A stretch of DNA of 64,000 nt, from contig JAHEHJ010000009.1 of assembly GCA_024644655.1 (NCBI GenBank), positions 6,098 through 70,097 on the forward strand. The letters run 5' to 3'. Position numbers and translations under genes: made by a program. The stretch comes from Flavobacterium sp. (GTDB lineage Bacteria > Bacteroidota > Bacteroidia > Flavobacteriales > Flavobacteriaceae). Within the stretch, counting starts at the first letter, position 1. The number at the start of each line of letters is the position of its first letter. Shown in pieces: positions 48,492-57,494 of this stretch. Below the pieces are notes generated by a model that was not told the DNA's origin, did no database searches, and was given only the letters and a program-made list of their open reading frames with translations.

Positions 48492-50555
48492 ATGATTATG
48501 TTAGAAAATCCAAAAAGATATACGATTACGGCAGCGTTGCCTTATACCAATGGCCCTATTCACATAGGTCATTTAGCTGGTGTTTATGTCCCTTCCGATA
48601 TTTATGCCCGGTATTTGCGTTTGCAAGGAAGAGATGTTGCTTTTATATGTGGAAGTGATGAGCATGGAGTGGCTATTTCAATGAAAGCCAAAAAGGAAGG
48701 AATCACACCTCAACAAGTCATTGATAAATATGATAGTATCATCCGTCAATCGTTTATAGATTTTGGAATTTCATTTGACAATTATTCGAGAACCTCATCG
48801 GCAATACATCATGAAACGGCTTCTGCCTTTTTCAAAACGCTTTATGATAAAGGTGACTTTATTGAAGAAACTACGGCACAATTATATGACGCTAAGGCCG
48901 ACCAGTTTTTGGCGGATCGTTTTGTTACTGGAACTTGTCCTAAGTGTGATAATCCAGAAGCGTATGGAGACCAATGTGAAAAATGCGGGTCTACTTTAAA
49001 TGCTACTGATTTAATACATCCCAAATCAACTATTACAGGGGAAACTCCTATTTTAAAAGAAACCAAACATTGGTTTTTACCTTTAGACCGCTATCAAGAA
49101 TTTTTAACTCAATGGATTTTAGTTGACCATGCCAAAGATTGGAAAGCTAATGTATTGGGACAAGTTAAGTCTTGGTTGGATGATGGTTTGAAACCCAGAG
49201 CGGTAACCCGTGATTTGGATTGGGGAATAGATGTTCCTGTTGAAGGGGCTACGGGTAAGAAACTGTATGTGTGGTTTGATGCTCCCATAGGATACATTTC
49301 TTCTACTAAAGAATGGGCGGCACGAGAAGGTAAAAATTGGGAGTCCTATTGGAAAGATGCCGATACTAAATTGGTTCACTTTATAGGGAAAGATAACATT
49401 GTATTTCACTGTATCATTTTCCCAGCCATGTTAAAAGCGGAAGGAAGTTATATTTTGCCCGACAATGTTCCGGCTAATGAGTTCTTAAATTTAGAAGGAA
49501 ACAAATTGTCTACTTCTAAAAACTGGGCAGTATGGTTGCACGAGTATTTACAAGATTTTCCAGGAAAACAAGATGCATTGCGGTATTCTTTAACGGCAAA
49601 TGCTCCTGAGACCAAAGACAACGATTTTACTTGGAATGATTTTCAGGCGCGAAACAATAATGAATTGGCTGCAATATTTGGAAATTTCATCAACCGAGTA
49701 GTCGTATTGACCCATAAATATTATGATGGAATAGTGCCATCACCGAATGAATTTTCAGAAGTTGACACCCAAACCTTAGCTGAATTAAAAGCGTATCCCG
49801 CAGTAATTGCTTCTTCAATTGAGCGGTATCGTTTTAGAGAAGCACAAGGTGAATTGATGAATGTAGCCCGTTTAGGTAATAAATATTTGGCCGATGAAGA
49901 GCCTTGGAAGATGGTTAAAACCGATCCAGCTCGAGTACAAACTCAGATGTATGTAGCCCTGCAGATAGCAGCGGCATTGCGTATTTTATCGGAGCCCTTC
50001 TTACCGTTTACTGCAAGCAAATTAACTGCTATGTTACGCGTTAAAACGATTTCTTGGCAACAGGTTTCAGAGTCATCTGACTTACTAGAAGCCGGACATC
50101 AAATTGGCGCAGGTGAAATTCTTTTTGCCCAAATTGAAGATGCTGAAATTCAAAAACAAATAGACAAATTAGAAGCGACTAAAAAAGCAAATATTATGGA
50201 CAATCAAGTCGTAGAACCTCAAAAAGAAACCACAACGTTTGAAGATTTTTCAAAATTAGATTTGCGTGTGGGCACGATTCTAGAAGCGGAAAAAATGCCT
50301 AAAGCCAACAAACTTTTAGTATTAAAAGTAGATACTGGTATTGATGTTCGCACTATTGTTTCGGGTATAGCAGAGCATTTCTCTCCAGAAGAAGTAATTG
50401 GAAAACGAGTAACTGTGTTAGTCAATTTAGCTCCAAGAGCTTTGCGCGGGGTTGAGAGTCAAGGTATGATTTTGATGACCAACACTACCGAGGGTAAATT
50501 GGTTTTTGTAAATCCGGATGCTGATGGAGTTGAAAATGGTGCCTTGATTAGTTAA
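48492..50555 (+). CDS. metG: methionine--tRNA ligase with C-terminal tRNA-binding domain
   Basis: [35 protein letters not shown]; TATTTTTG at 48472 supports the downstream ATG. Confidence 0.97.
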   Translation: MIMLENPKRYTITAALPYTNGPIHIGHLAGVYVPSDIYARYLRLQGRDVAFICGSDEHGVAISMKAKKEGITPQQVIDKYDSIIRQSFIDFGISFDNYSRTSSAIHHETASAFFKTLYDKGDFIEETTAQLYDAKADQFLADRFVTGTCPKCDNPEAYGDQCEKCGSTLNATDLIHPKSTITGETPILKETKHWFLPLDRYQEFLTQWILVDHAKDWKANVLGQVKSWLDDGLKPRAVTRDLDWGIDVPVEGATGKKLYVWFDAPIGYISSTKEWAAREGKNWESYWKDADTKLVHFIGKDNIVFHCIIFPAMLKAEGSYILPDNVPANEFLNLEGNKLSTSKNWAVWLHEYLQDFPGKQDALRYSLTANAPETKDNDFTWNDFQARNNNELAAIFGNFINRVVVLTHKYYDGIVPSPNEFSEVDTQTLAELKAYPAVIASSIERYRFREAQGELMNVARLGNKYLADEEPWKMVKTDPARVQTQMYVALQIAAALRILSEPFLPFTASKLTAMLRVKTISWQQVSESSDLLEAGHQIGAGEILFAQIEDAEIQKQIDKLEATKKANIMDNQVVEPQKETTTFEDFSKLDLRVGTILEAEKMPKANKLLVLKVDTGIDVRTIVSGIAEHFSPEEVIGKRVTVLVNLAPRALRGVESQGMILMTNTTEGKLVFVNPDADGVENGALIS

Positions 50556-50566
50556 CACTACAAACC

Positions 50567-51256
50567 ATGAACCTAAAAGTAATTGCCTTTGATGCCGATG
50601 ATACATTGTTTATCAATGAGCCCTATTTTCAAGAGACAGAAGAAAAGTTTTGTGCGTTAATGCAAGATTATTTATCGCGTCAAGGTTTATCTCAGGCTTT
50701 ATTCAAAACAGAAATTGACAATTTGGATTTGTATGGTTATGGTATTAAAGGATATACCCTATCGATGATAGAAGCAGCTATGCAGATTTCCAACAATACC
50801 CTTTCCATAGAAGTGGTGGGGAAGATTATTGAATTGGGGAAAGAGTTGCTACAAAAACCCATAGAATTATTGGATGGTGTTGAAGACACTTTGCAAGCTT
50901 TGCAAGGAAAGTACAAGTTAATTGTAGCTACTAAGGGAGATTTAAAAGACCAACAACGCAAACTACACGACTCGGGGTTGGGGCCTTATTTTCACCATAT
51001 TGAAGTCATGGCAGACAAACAAGAGCTGAATTATGAAAAACTATTAAAACGATTGGACATTAAAGCTCATGAGTTTTTCATGATTGGAAATTCTTTAAAA
51101 TCAGATGTGTTGCCAGTATTGAATATTGGAGGTTATGCTGTGCATATTCCGTTTCACACTACTTGGGAGCACGAAAAAATAAATCATAAAGTAGAGCATT
51201 CAAATTTTAGAGCTTTAGAAAAAATATCCGATATCCTCCCTATACTATTACCCTAA
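50567..51256 (+). CDS. HAD-family hydrolase
   Basis: AFDADDTL, ATKGD, MIGNSLKSDVLP. Confidence 0.9.
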   Translation: MNLKVIAFDADDTLFINEPYFQETEEKFCALMQDYLSRQGLSQALFKTEIDNLDLYGYGIKGYTLSMIEAAMQISNNTLSIEVVGKIIELGKELLQKPIELLDGVEDTLQALQGKYKLIVATKGDLKDQQRKLHDSGLGPYFHHIEVMADKQELNYEKLLKRLDIKAHEFFMIGNSLKSDVLPVLNIGGYAVHIPFHTTWEHEKINHKVEHSNFRALEKISDILPILLP

Positions 51257-51883
51257 GTGAAGCACAAACTCAATCTTGATTCTTGGAATCGTAAAGAGCA
51301 TTTTTTGTTTTTTAAGCAAATGGACGAACCTTTTTTTGGGGTTACAACACGTGTAGATTGTACACTTGCCTATGAGAAGTCAAAAGCTTTAGGCATATCT
51401 TTTTTTGCCTATTATTTGCATAAAACTCTTTTGGCTGTGAATAGTGTTGAAAATTTTAGGTATCGTATCCACGAGAATGACGTATATGTATTTGATCGCA
51501 TTGATGCTTCGGCAACGATAATGCGAGAAGACCAAACCTTTGGTTTTTCGTTTATAGAGCATGCGGATAATTTTAATGAATTTGCAATAAATGTTAAGAA
51601 AGAAATAGCTCGAATTCAAACGACAACAGGCCTTTTTACAAGACCATTTACTGAAGATAATTTGATTCATTTTTCTGCATTACCCTGGATAGATTTTACT
51701 TCTTTTTCCCATGCGCGAAGTTTTCAATGGGCGGATAGTTGTCCCAAAATTTCATTCGGTAAAATGGTGGAAGCTGATGGGAAACGAACAATGGCAGTAT
51801 CTGTACATGTGCACCATGGTTTAGTAGATGGTTTGCACATTGGTCAGTTTTTTACCCAATTAGAACAGTTTATGAATGATTAG
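51257..51883 (+). CDS. CatA-like (chloramphenicol) O-acetyltransferase family protein
   Basis: WNRKEHF.FF, SALPWIDF, VHHGLVDGLH catalytic motif. Confidence 0.88.
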   Translation: MKHKLNLDSWNRKEHFLFFKQMDEPFFGVTTRVDCTLAYEKSKALGISFFAYYLHKTLLAVNSVENFRYRIHENDVYVFDRIDASATIMREDQTFGFSFIEHADNFNEFAINVKKEIARIQTTTGLFTRPFTEDNLIHFSALPWIDFTSFSHARSFQWADSCPKISFGKMVEADGKRTMAVSVHVHHGLVDGLHIGQFFTQLEQFMND

Positions 51884-52308
51884 TTAAAATAGGTCCAATT
51901 GACTCCATCACTAATTGCCATTATAGTTCTTAAATTCCCTTCAAACATATAAATCTCAGCACTTCCTGTAGTAGAATTTTTGGGAAACAATAAGCCCGAA
52001 GCAGTTGTTAATTTGGCCGTATTGGTATTGTTGATATTTCTAATGATATACGTTCGGCCGGGAAAAGTAACTGGATTAGGCAGCATAAATTCTTGGTCTG
52101 TAGCTTGGGGGTTAATTGAAATATAAACCCCATCATTGATATTGGTAACGCTACCACTTCCTACAAGTATCATAGTTTTTATGGATAAATTTCCATTAAT
52201 ATCTAAAGTGCTTAACGGAGTAATTGTATTAATTCCAACTTGTGAAAAAGCATGCTGAAAAGCACAAATGGCTACCATTAAAATCGCTATTAATTTTAAC
52301 TTATCCAT
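51880..52308 (-). CDS. small secreted hypothetical protein
   Basis: Signal peptide followed by QVGINT..P.STLDING, a motif typical of Flavobacteriia exported proteins. Confidence 0.7.
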   Translation of the reverse strand: MDKLKLIAILMVAICAFQHAFSQVGINTITPLSTLDINGNLSIKTMILVGSGSVTNINDGVYISINPQATDQEFMLPNPVTFPGRTYIIRNINNTNTAKLTTASGLLFPKNSTTGSAEIYMFEGNLRTIMAISDGVNWTYFN

Positions 52309-52394
52309 GTTATAGTTTGATTTTGAATGATTTGACTAAATAAATGTAGTCAAAAGAAAGGTAGCTTTAACAAACTGAATTTCATTATTTTCAC

Positions 52395-52408
52395 CGAAAA
52401 CGTTTTCG
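52395..52408. promoter_or_regulatory. perfect palindrome CGAAAACGTTTTCG (LacI-type operator-like)
   Basis: 14-bp perfect inverted repeat with central CG in intergenic DNA. Confidence 0.55.
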
Positions 52409-52502
52409 TGTTGACAACTTTGTTTTTTTTGCGTTAAATTATTAGGGAAAATATAATTTTTTGTCGGGAAATATCATCTGGAAAAGTCTAGTTACTTTTT
52501 CA

Positions 52503-52943
52503 TTATAAAGTCTGAATAATAGCCAATATTGCTTTCCCGTATTTTTGAGCTCTTACAGAGCCGAAACCTATTACTTGTTCTAACTCTTCTAAAGTTTGAG
52601 GATTGGCTTTTGCAATAGAAATGAGATGAGAATTATGGCAAATTCGGAAAGGAGACCAGTCTAATTGCTGGGCACAATCATTTCTCCACTGTCTCAAAGC
52701 ATTGTATACTACTGTTTCTTGATTGGATAATTTGGATGCAACTGAACTCTGTTCTTGACTTGGTTCCTTGTTTTTTTTGGGTAAATAAAACACTACTACC
52801 GACCAATAGTCAACAGAACTTGTGGTCACAAAATTAGTAGCGGACAATTTAACCTCTACTTGCTCTAAAAAGGCATTCATAGAATCTTGATCATTTTCAC
52901 AATACTCTTTAGACAATCGTATATTGAAGACTTTAATATTCAT
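52503..52943 (-). CDS. HRDC-domain protein
   Basis: YNALRQWR..A......F.I..NS.L..IA...PQT.EEL..V.GFG..R..KYG. Confidence 0.88.
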   Translation of the reverse strand: MNIKVFNIRLSKEYCENDQDSMNAFLEQVEVKLSATNFVTTSSVDYWSVVVFYLPKKNKEPSQEQSSVASKLSNQETVVYNALRQWRNDCAQQLDWSPFRICHNSHLISIAKANPQTLEELEQVIGFGSVRAQKYGKAILAIIQTL

Positions 52944-53013
52944 AACAAATTGATATTAAAAAAAGAGCTCCACATTTCAAAAAGATAAAATGAGGAGCTC
53001 AAAGGAAATCACA

Positions 53014-53346
53014 TTACTTACCAAGCAACAATATATCATTGACTACTACCTCGGTGACATAGCGTTTCGTGCCATCTTTGTCTTCGTAACTTCGATGAGT
53101 AAGTTTTCCATCGATAGCAACTTCTTTGCCTTTGGTTACATACTTCTCAATGATTTCTGCTGTTTTGCCCCAAGCCGTTACGCGATGCCATTCTGTTTGT
53201 TCCACTTTATCACCTTTATCATTGATATAAAAATCATTAGTAGCGATGGTGATATTTGCTACTTTTTTCCCTCCATCGAAGGATTTAATTTCCGGCTCTT
53301 GTCCTACATGACCGATTAATTGAACTTTGTTTTTCATTGCATTCAT
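53014..53346 (-). CDS. ssb: single-stranded DNA-binding protein (short, no acidic tail)
   Basis: NKVQLIGHVG, TEWHRV..WGK.AE, KGKEV.IDGKL..RSY. Confidence 0.95.
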   Translation of the reverse strand: MNAMKNKVQLIGHVGQEPEIKSFDGGKKVANITIATNDFYINDKGDKVEQTEWHRVTAWGKTAEIIEKYVTKGKEVAIDGKLTHRSYEDKDGTKRYVTEVVVNDILLLGK

Positions 53347-53450
53347 GGCGTTTAAAAATTAAATATTAGTGTTAGTGTTACTTTCGGTTTCTCTATTCCG
53401 ATGGGACAAAGTTGCAGTAGTTCTCCAAAATTATTCGGTTGTTATTCATT

Positions 53451-53490
53451 TACTTTCGACTGTAACTATTTGTAACCGTTTGCAAACGGA
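53451..53490. repeat. 10-bp-period degenerate direct repeats in the ssb / Zn-ribbon divergent promoter
   Basis: tactttcgac/tgtaactatt/tgtaaccgtt/tgcaaacgga, just upstream of TATATTTG (53501-53508). Confidence 0.55.
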
Positions 53491-53691
53491 AATATTTTCT
53501 TATATTTGAGTGGTTGAAATCAAGCTTTTATATAATTTTCCATTCTGTTTAGCACTGATTGATGTGTATGCCGTGCAAAAGTGAAAAGCAGGAATAGGGA
53601 TACTCATAAAGCCCTAACCATTCGCTCCGATAAAAATGAATGACCTTTTTAGGGTTTGTATAGTCCAAAAGGTTGTATAAAAGAATACGAT

Positions 53692-54042
53692 ATGAGTAAG
53701 ACGTGTTTAGAATGTGGTGAAAAAATTATGGGTCGTGAGGATAAAAAATTCTGTAGCGACGGGTGTAGAAATGCCTATAATAATAAAATCAACAAGGACA
53801 GCACAAACTATATGCGCAACATTAACAATAAACTGCGTAAAAATTATCGTATTTTAGTGGAGCTTAATGTGGATGGAAAATCAAAAACGACCAAGACTAA
53901 GTTGATGAGTAAAGGATTTGATTTTGGTTTTTTCACAAGTATTTTAAATACGAATACGGGGAACACTTATTATTTTGTGTATGACCAAGGCTATCGCCTT
54001 TTGGAACATGATTATTATATGTTAGTTAAAAACGAACGCTAA
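53692..54042 (+). CDS. DUF2116-like Zn-ribbon protein
   Basis: CLECG...GREDKKFCSDGCR..YNN, LRKNYRIL, YFVYDQGY. Confidence 0.82.
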   Translation: MSKTCLECGEKIMGREDKKFCSDGCRNAYNNKINKDSTNYMRNINNKLRKNYRILVELNVDGKSKTTKTKLMSKGFDFGFFTSILNTNTGNTYYFVYDQGYRLLEHDYYMLVKNER

Positions 54043-54052
54043 CCTGATACCT

Positions 54053-56431
54053 ATGAAAAAAAGTAATTCGGCTTTCTATATCGTATTTGCGCTAGCCGCA
54101 CTACTCTTTGGGGTTTTTTATTTTTTAATGCCTCAAGGTTATGATGAAACCGAGGCACCACTTTCAGAATTTTCAACCCAACGTGCTTTACAAACTGTAA
54201 AAACAATGAGTGCTCAACCTCATTTTGTAGGTTCAAAAAATCATGAGGTAATCGCGCGCTATTTAGAGCAGGAATTGCAAAATTTAGGATTAGAACCTAC
54301 TGTTCAAGCAGGGTTTGTGATGACAGAAAAAGGAACCTTAGTTTATTCTAAAAATATTATTGCCCGTATAAAAGGAACTACTAATAGTAAGGCCTTGCTT
54401 TTGCTCTCCCATTATGATAGTGCACCCCACTCCTTTTCAAAAGGCGCAAGTGATGATGCCAGTGGTGTTGCTACCATACTCGAAAGTGTTCGTGCATTTC
54501 TGCACAACAAAACCCCACACAAAAATGATATTATTCTTGTATTTACAGACGCAGAAGAAATAGGCTTGAATGGTGCTGCGCTTTTTGTTACCCAACATCA
54601 ATGGGCTAAAAATATTGGTTTGGTTTTAAATTTAGAAGCTAGAGGTGCGTCAGGTCCTAGTTATATGTTAATGGAAACCAATCAAGGAAATGCCAATATG
54701 GTGAAGGCTTTTAGCGATGGTAACGTGACTTATCCAGTATCCAATTCACTTATGTATAGCATTTATAAAATGCTACCTAATGACACCGACTTAACTGTAT
54801 TTAGAGAAAAAGGGAAGATTCAAGGGTTTAATTTTGCTTTTATTGACAGTCATTATGATTATCATACCGCACAAGACTCATACCGCAATCTAGACCCGAA
54901 AACGTTAGCCCATCAAGGAACTTATCTCTTTCCTTTGTTGAATTACTTTTCGAATGCCGATTTAGCACATTTAAATACTACTGAAGATAAAGTGTATTTC
55001 AATATTCCTTTCCAGTTTATAAGTTACCCTTTTGCCTGGATATGGCCTTTATTTGCCATTGCTTCTATTCTTCTTGTTTTGATTATTATAATAGGTTTAG
55101 GAAAAAGGACCATGCGTTTGGACGAGATTATAAAAGGATTTATCCCTCTATTTGGCGCCTTGGTTACCGCAGGTTTAGCAACCTATTTAGGTTGGAAAAT
55201 AGTGTTGTATTGTTATCCACAGTATCAAGACTTATTACATGGCTTTACCTATAACGGGCACGACTATATTTATGCCTTTGTTTGTCTTACTTTTGCCATA
55301 TGTTTTTTATTTTATCAAAACAAAGGAAAACGTCATCCTGAAATGAGTCAAATGGTTGCCCCCCTTATTTTATGGATTCTTTTGAATTTGGGTATCGCTC
55401 TAAAACTACAAGGCGCTAGCTTCTTAATTATTCCCGTAATAGCTAGTACATTAATGTTGGGTTTTTTTGTCATAACACAAAAATCAAATTGGGTTATCCA
55501 ACTTATTTTGGCACTACCAACTTTAATACTAATTGCGCCATTTATAAGTATGTTTCCGGTAGGATTGGGGTTGAAAATTGTATTTGGAAGTTCCATTTTA
55601 ACCGTTTTGGCTTTTACATTATTATTGCCATTATTTGGCTCATTTACCCATAAAGGGATTTGGGCTACTTTCTTTTTGTTGGTGTGTATTGGCTTTTTGT
55701 GTAAAGCCCACTATGCTTCAGCCTATACTCCAACAAATGCCAAACCAAATAGCTTAGTATATATATGGAATGAGGACACTCAAAAAGCAAATTGGGCCAC
55801 CTATGATGTGAATTTGGACGAATGGACTCAAACCTATTTAGGTAAAAATCCTGCGGCTGCTACTTCCTTGAATTCGAATAAATTGTACAGCAAATACGGC
55901 TCTGAATATAGCTATATGGCTAAAGCTCCTTTTAAAAATCTTGCCAAACCTACCATTGAATTTATACGAGATACCCTTAAAGGAAATCAACATTTATATC
56001 ATATTAAAATCATTCCCAATCGTCATGTAAATCGCTATGATATATTTGCTAATGGTACTCTCCAAATTCATAATTTGAAAGCGAATGGAGTGACTTCTGT
56101 TGATTTTAAGAGCAACATTGCTTCAAAAACTTCGGGCAAAATAATCACGTATTATGTGGTGAACCAAACGCCATTAGATCTAGAATTTTCAATCCAATCT
56201 TCTGAGAAACTAGATTTAGAATTGGTGGAAAGTTCATTTGATTTAATGCAGCATCCTCTGTTTACTATGACTCCAAGAAAAGCAGGCATGATTCCAACTC
56301 CTTTTGTATTGACCGATGCTGTACTTATTAAAGCACATGTAAAGCCTACACCGAAAGTGGCTGCCTCTCCAAAAAAATATTTTATAAAAAAAGAACGGTT
56401 GCCTGCAATATTAGACACCTTACCAAAATGA
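54053..56431 (+). CDS. M28-family membrane metallopeptidase
   Basis: SHYDS, GASDD, DAEE, NLEARG, YHT, followed by multiple TM helices. Confidence 0.9.
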   Translation: MKKSNSAFYIVFALAALLFGVFYFLMPQGYDETEAPLSEFSTQRALQTVKTMSAQPHFVGSKNHEVIARYLEQELQNLGLEPTVQAGFVMTEKGTLVYSKNIIARIKGTTNSKALLLLSHYDSAPHSFSKGASDDASGVATILESVRAFLHNKTPHKNDIILVFTDAEEIGLNGAALFVTQHQWAKNIGLVLNLEARGASGPSYMLMETNQGNANMVKAFSDGNVTYPVSNSLMYSIYKMLPNDTDLTVFREKGKIQGFNFAFIDSHYDYHTAQDSYRNLDPKTLAHQGTYLFPLLNYFSNADLAHLNTTEDKVYFNIPFQFISYPFAWIWPLFAIASILLVLIIIIGLGKRTMRLDEIIKGFIPLFGALVTAGLATYLGWKIVLYCYPQYQDLLHGFTYNGHDYIYAFVCLTFAICFLFYQNKGKRHPEMSQMVAPLILWILLNLGIALKLQGASFLIIPVIASTLMLGFFVITQKSNWVIQLILALPTLILIAPFISMFPVGLGLKIVFGSSILTVLAFTLLLPLFGSFTHKGIWATFFLLVCIGFLCKAHYASAYTPTNAKPNSLVYIWNEDTQKANWATYDVNLDEWTQTYLGKNPAAATSLNSNKLYSKYGSEYSYMAKAPFKNLAKPTIEFIRDTLKGNQHLYHIKIIPNRHVNRYDIFANGTLQIHNLKANGVTSVDFKSNIASKTSGKIITYYVVNQTPLDLEFSIQSSEKLDLELVESSFDLMQHPLFTMTPRKAGMIPTPFVLTDAVLIKAHVKPTPKVAASPKKYFIKKERLPAILDTLPK

Positions 56432-57231
56432 AACAAGTGAGCCTTTTAGGTTGCGGTTGGTTGGGATTACCATTAGCAAAGTCATTCTTAGAAAAAGGAT
56501 ATTCAGTAAATGGATCTACCACATCAATTGATAAAATTTCAATTTTAAAAAGCGAAGGAATAACACCTTTTAAAATTCGTCTAATAGAAGACAACGTTGA
56601 AGGTGAAATGGACTTATTTCTTGCCAATTCCGAAATTCTAATTATTGACATTCCCCCTAAATTACGAGGCGATTCCAAGGAAAATTTTGTGGGGAAGATT
56701 CAAACTTTATTGCCATTTATTGAAAAGTCATCTGTTGAAAAAGTACTCTTTGTAAGCTCTACATCGGTGTACTCTGATAACAACGAAGCTAGTACAGAAG
56801 AATTTATACCTCAACCTGATTCTGAAAGTGGTAGGCAATTGTTAGCTTCTGAAAAGATATTAGAAAGTAATTCCAAATTTAAAACAACAGTAGTTCGTTT
56901 TGGAGGATTGATTGGCCAGGATAGACATCCTGTAAAATTTCTTGCTGGCAGAAAGAATATTGAAAACCCAAATGCACCCATCAACATGATTCACCAAGAA
57001 GATTGCATTGGCATTATACAAAAGATAATTGATACTAATTCTTGGAACGAAACATTCAATGCGGTTGCACCCTATCATCCTTCACGAAAAGAATATTACA
57101 TAGTAAAAGCAATAGAATATGGATTGCCTTTACCTGAATTTGACGAAAGTAAACCCTCTATAGGGAAATTGATTTTAAGCACTAAAATTGAAAAAGTTTT
57201 AGACTATACATTTAAAAAAGTACACCTATGA
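56428..57231 (+). CDS. atypical SDR / NAD(P)-binding epimerase (YeeZ-like)
   Basis: LGCGWLG, FVSSTSVY, RFGGLIG, NMIHQED. Confidence 0.85.
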   Translation: MKQVSLLGCGWLGLPLAKSFLEKGYSVNGSTTSIDKISILKSEGITPFKIRLIEDNVEGEMDLFLANSEILIIDIPPKLRGDSKENFVGKIQTLLPFIEKSSVEKVLFVSSTSVYSDNNEASTEEFIPQPDSESGRQLLASEKILESNSKFKTTVVRFGGLIGQDRHPVKFLAGRKNIENPNAPINMIHQEDCIGIIQKIIDTNSWNETFNAVAPYHPSRKEYYIVKAIEYGLPLPEFDESKPSIGKLILSTKIEKVLDYTFKKVHL

Positions 57232-57473
57232 CCCTTAATGATTTAATTGGAACAATTGGAGTTGGATTAATACTTCTTGCCTATTTTTTAAATATGTTTT
57301 CATTAATTAAAAAAGATGGTAATGCCTATTTTATCATCAATATCCTTGGTGCTGGAGTTGCTTGCTTTGCAGCAGTTCTTATTCATTTTATGCCTTTTAT
57401 TTTATTAGAAGCTGCATGGGTAATCGTGAGTATTGTTGGATTGATAAAAAGCATAAAAAAACCTCAAGATTAA
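57228..57473 (+). CDS. CBU_0592-like small membrane protein
   Basis: Three TM helices; G.IGV.LIL.AYFL, Y..IN.LGA, PFILLE..W. Confidence 0.75.
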   Translation: MTLNDLIGTIGVGLILLAYFLNMFSLIKKDGNAYFIINILGAGVACFAAVLIHFMPFILLEAAWVIVSIVGLIKSIKKPQD

Positions 57474-57487
57474 CTTGAGGTTTTTTT
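57455..57487. terminator. bidirectional intrinsic terminator
   Basis: aaaaaacctcaag-attaa-cttgaggttttttt between convergent genes. Confidence 0.88.
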
Positions 57488-57494
57488 ATAAAGA

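Noticed and set aside
52990-53319. 109-aa + strand ORF
   Set aside because: Antisense to a clear ssb; no recognisable features
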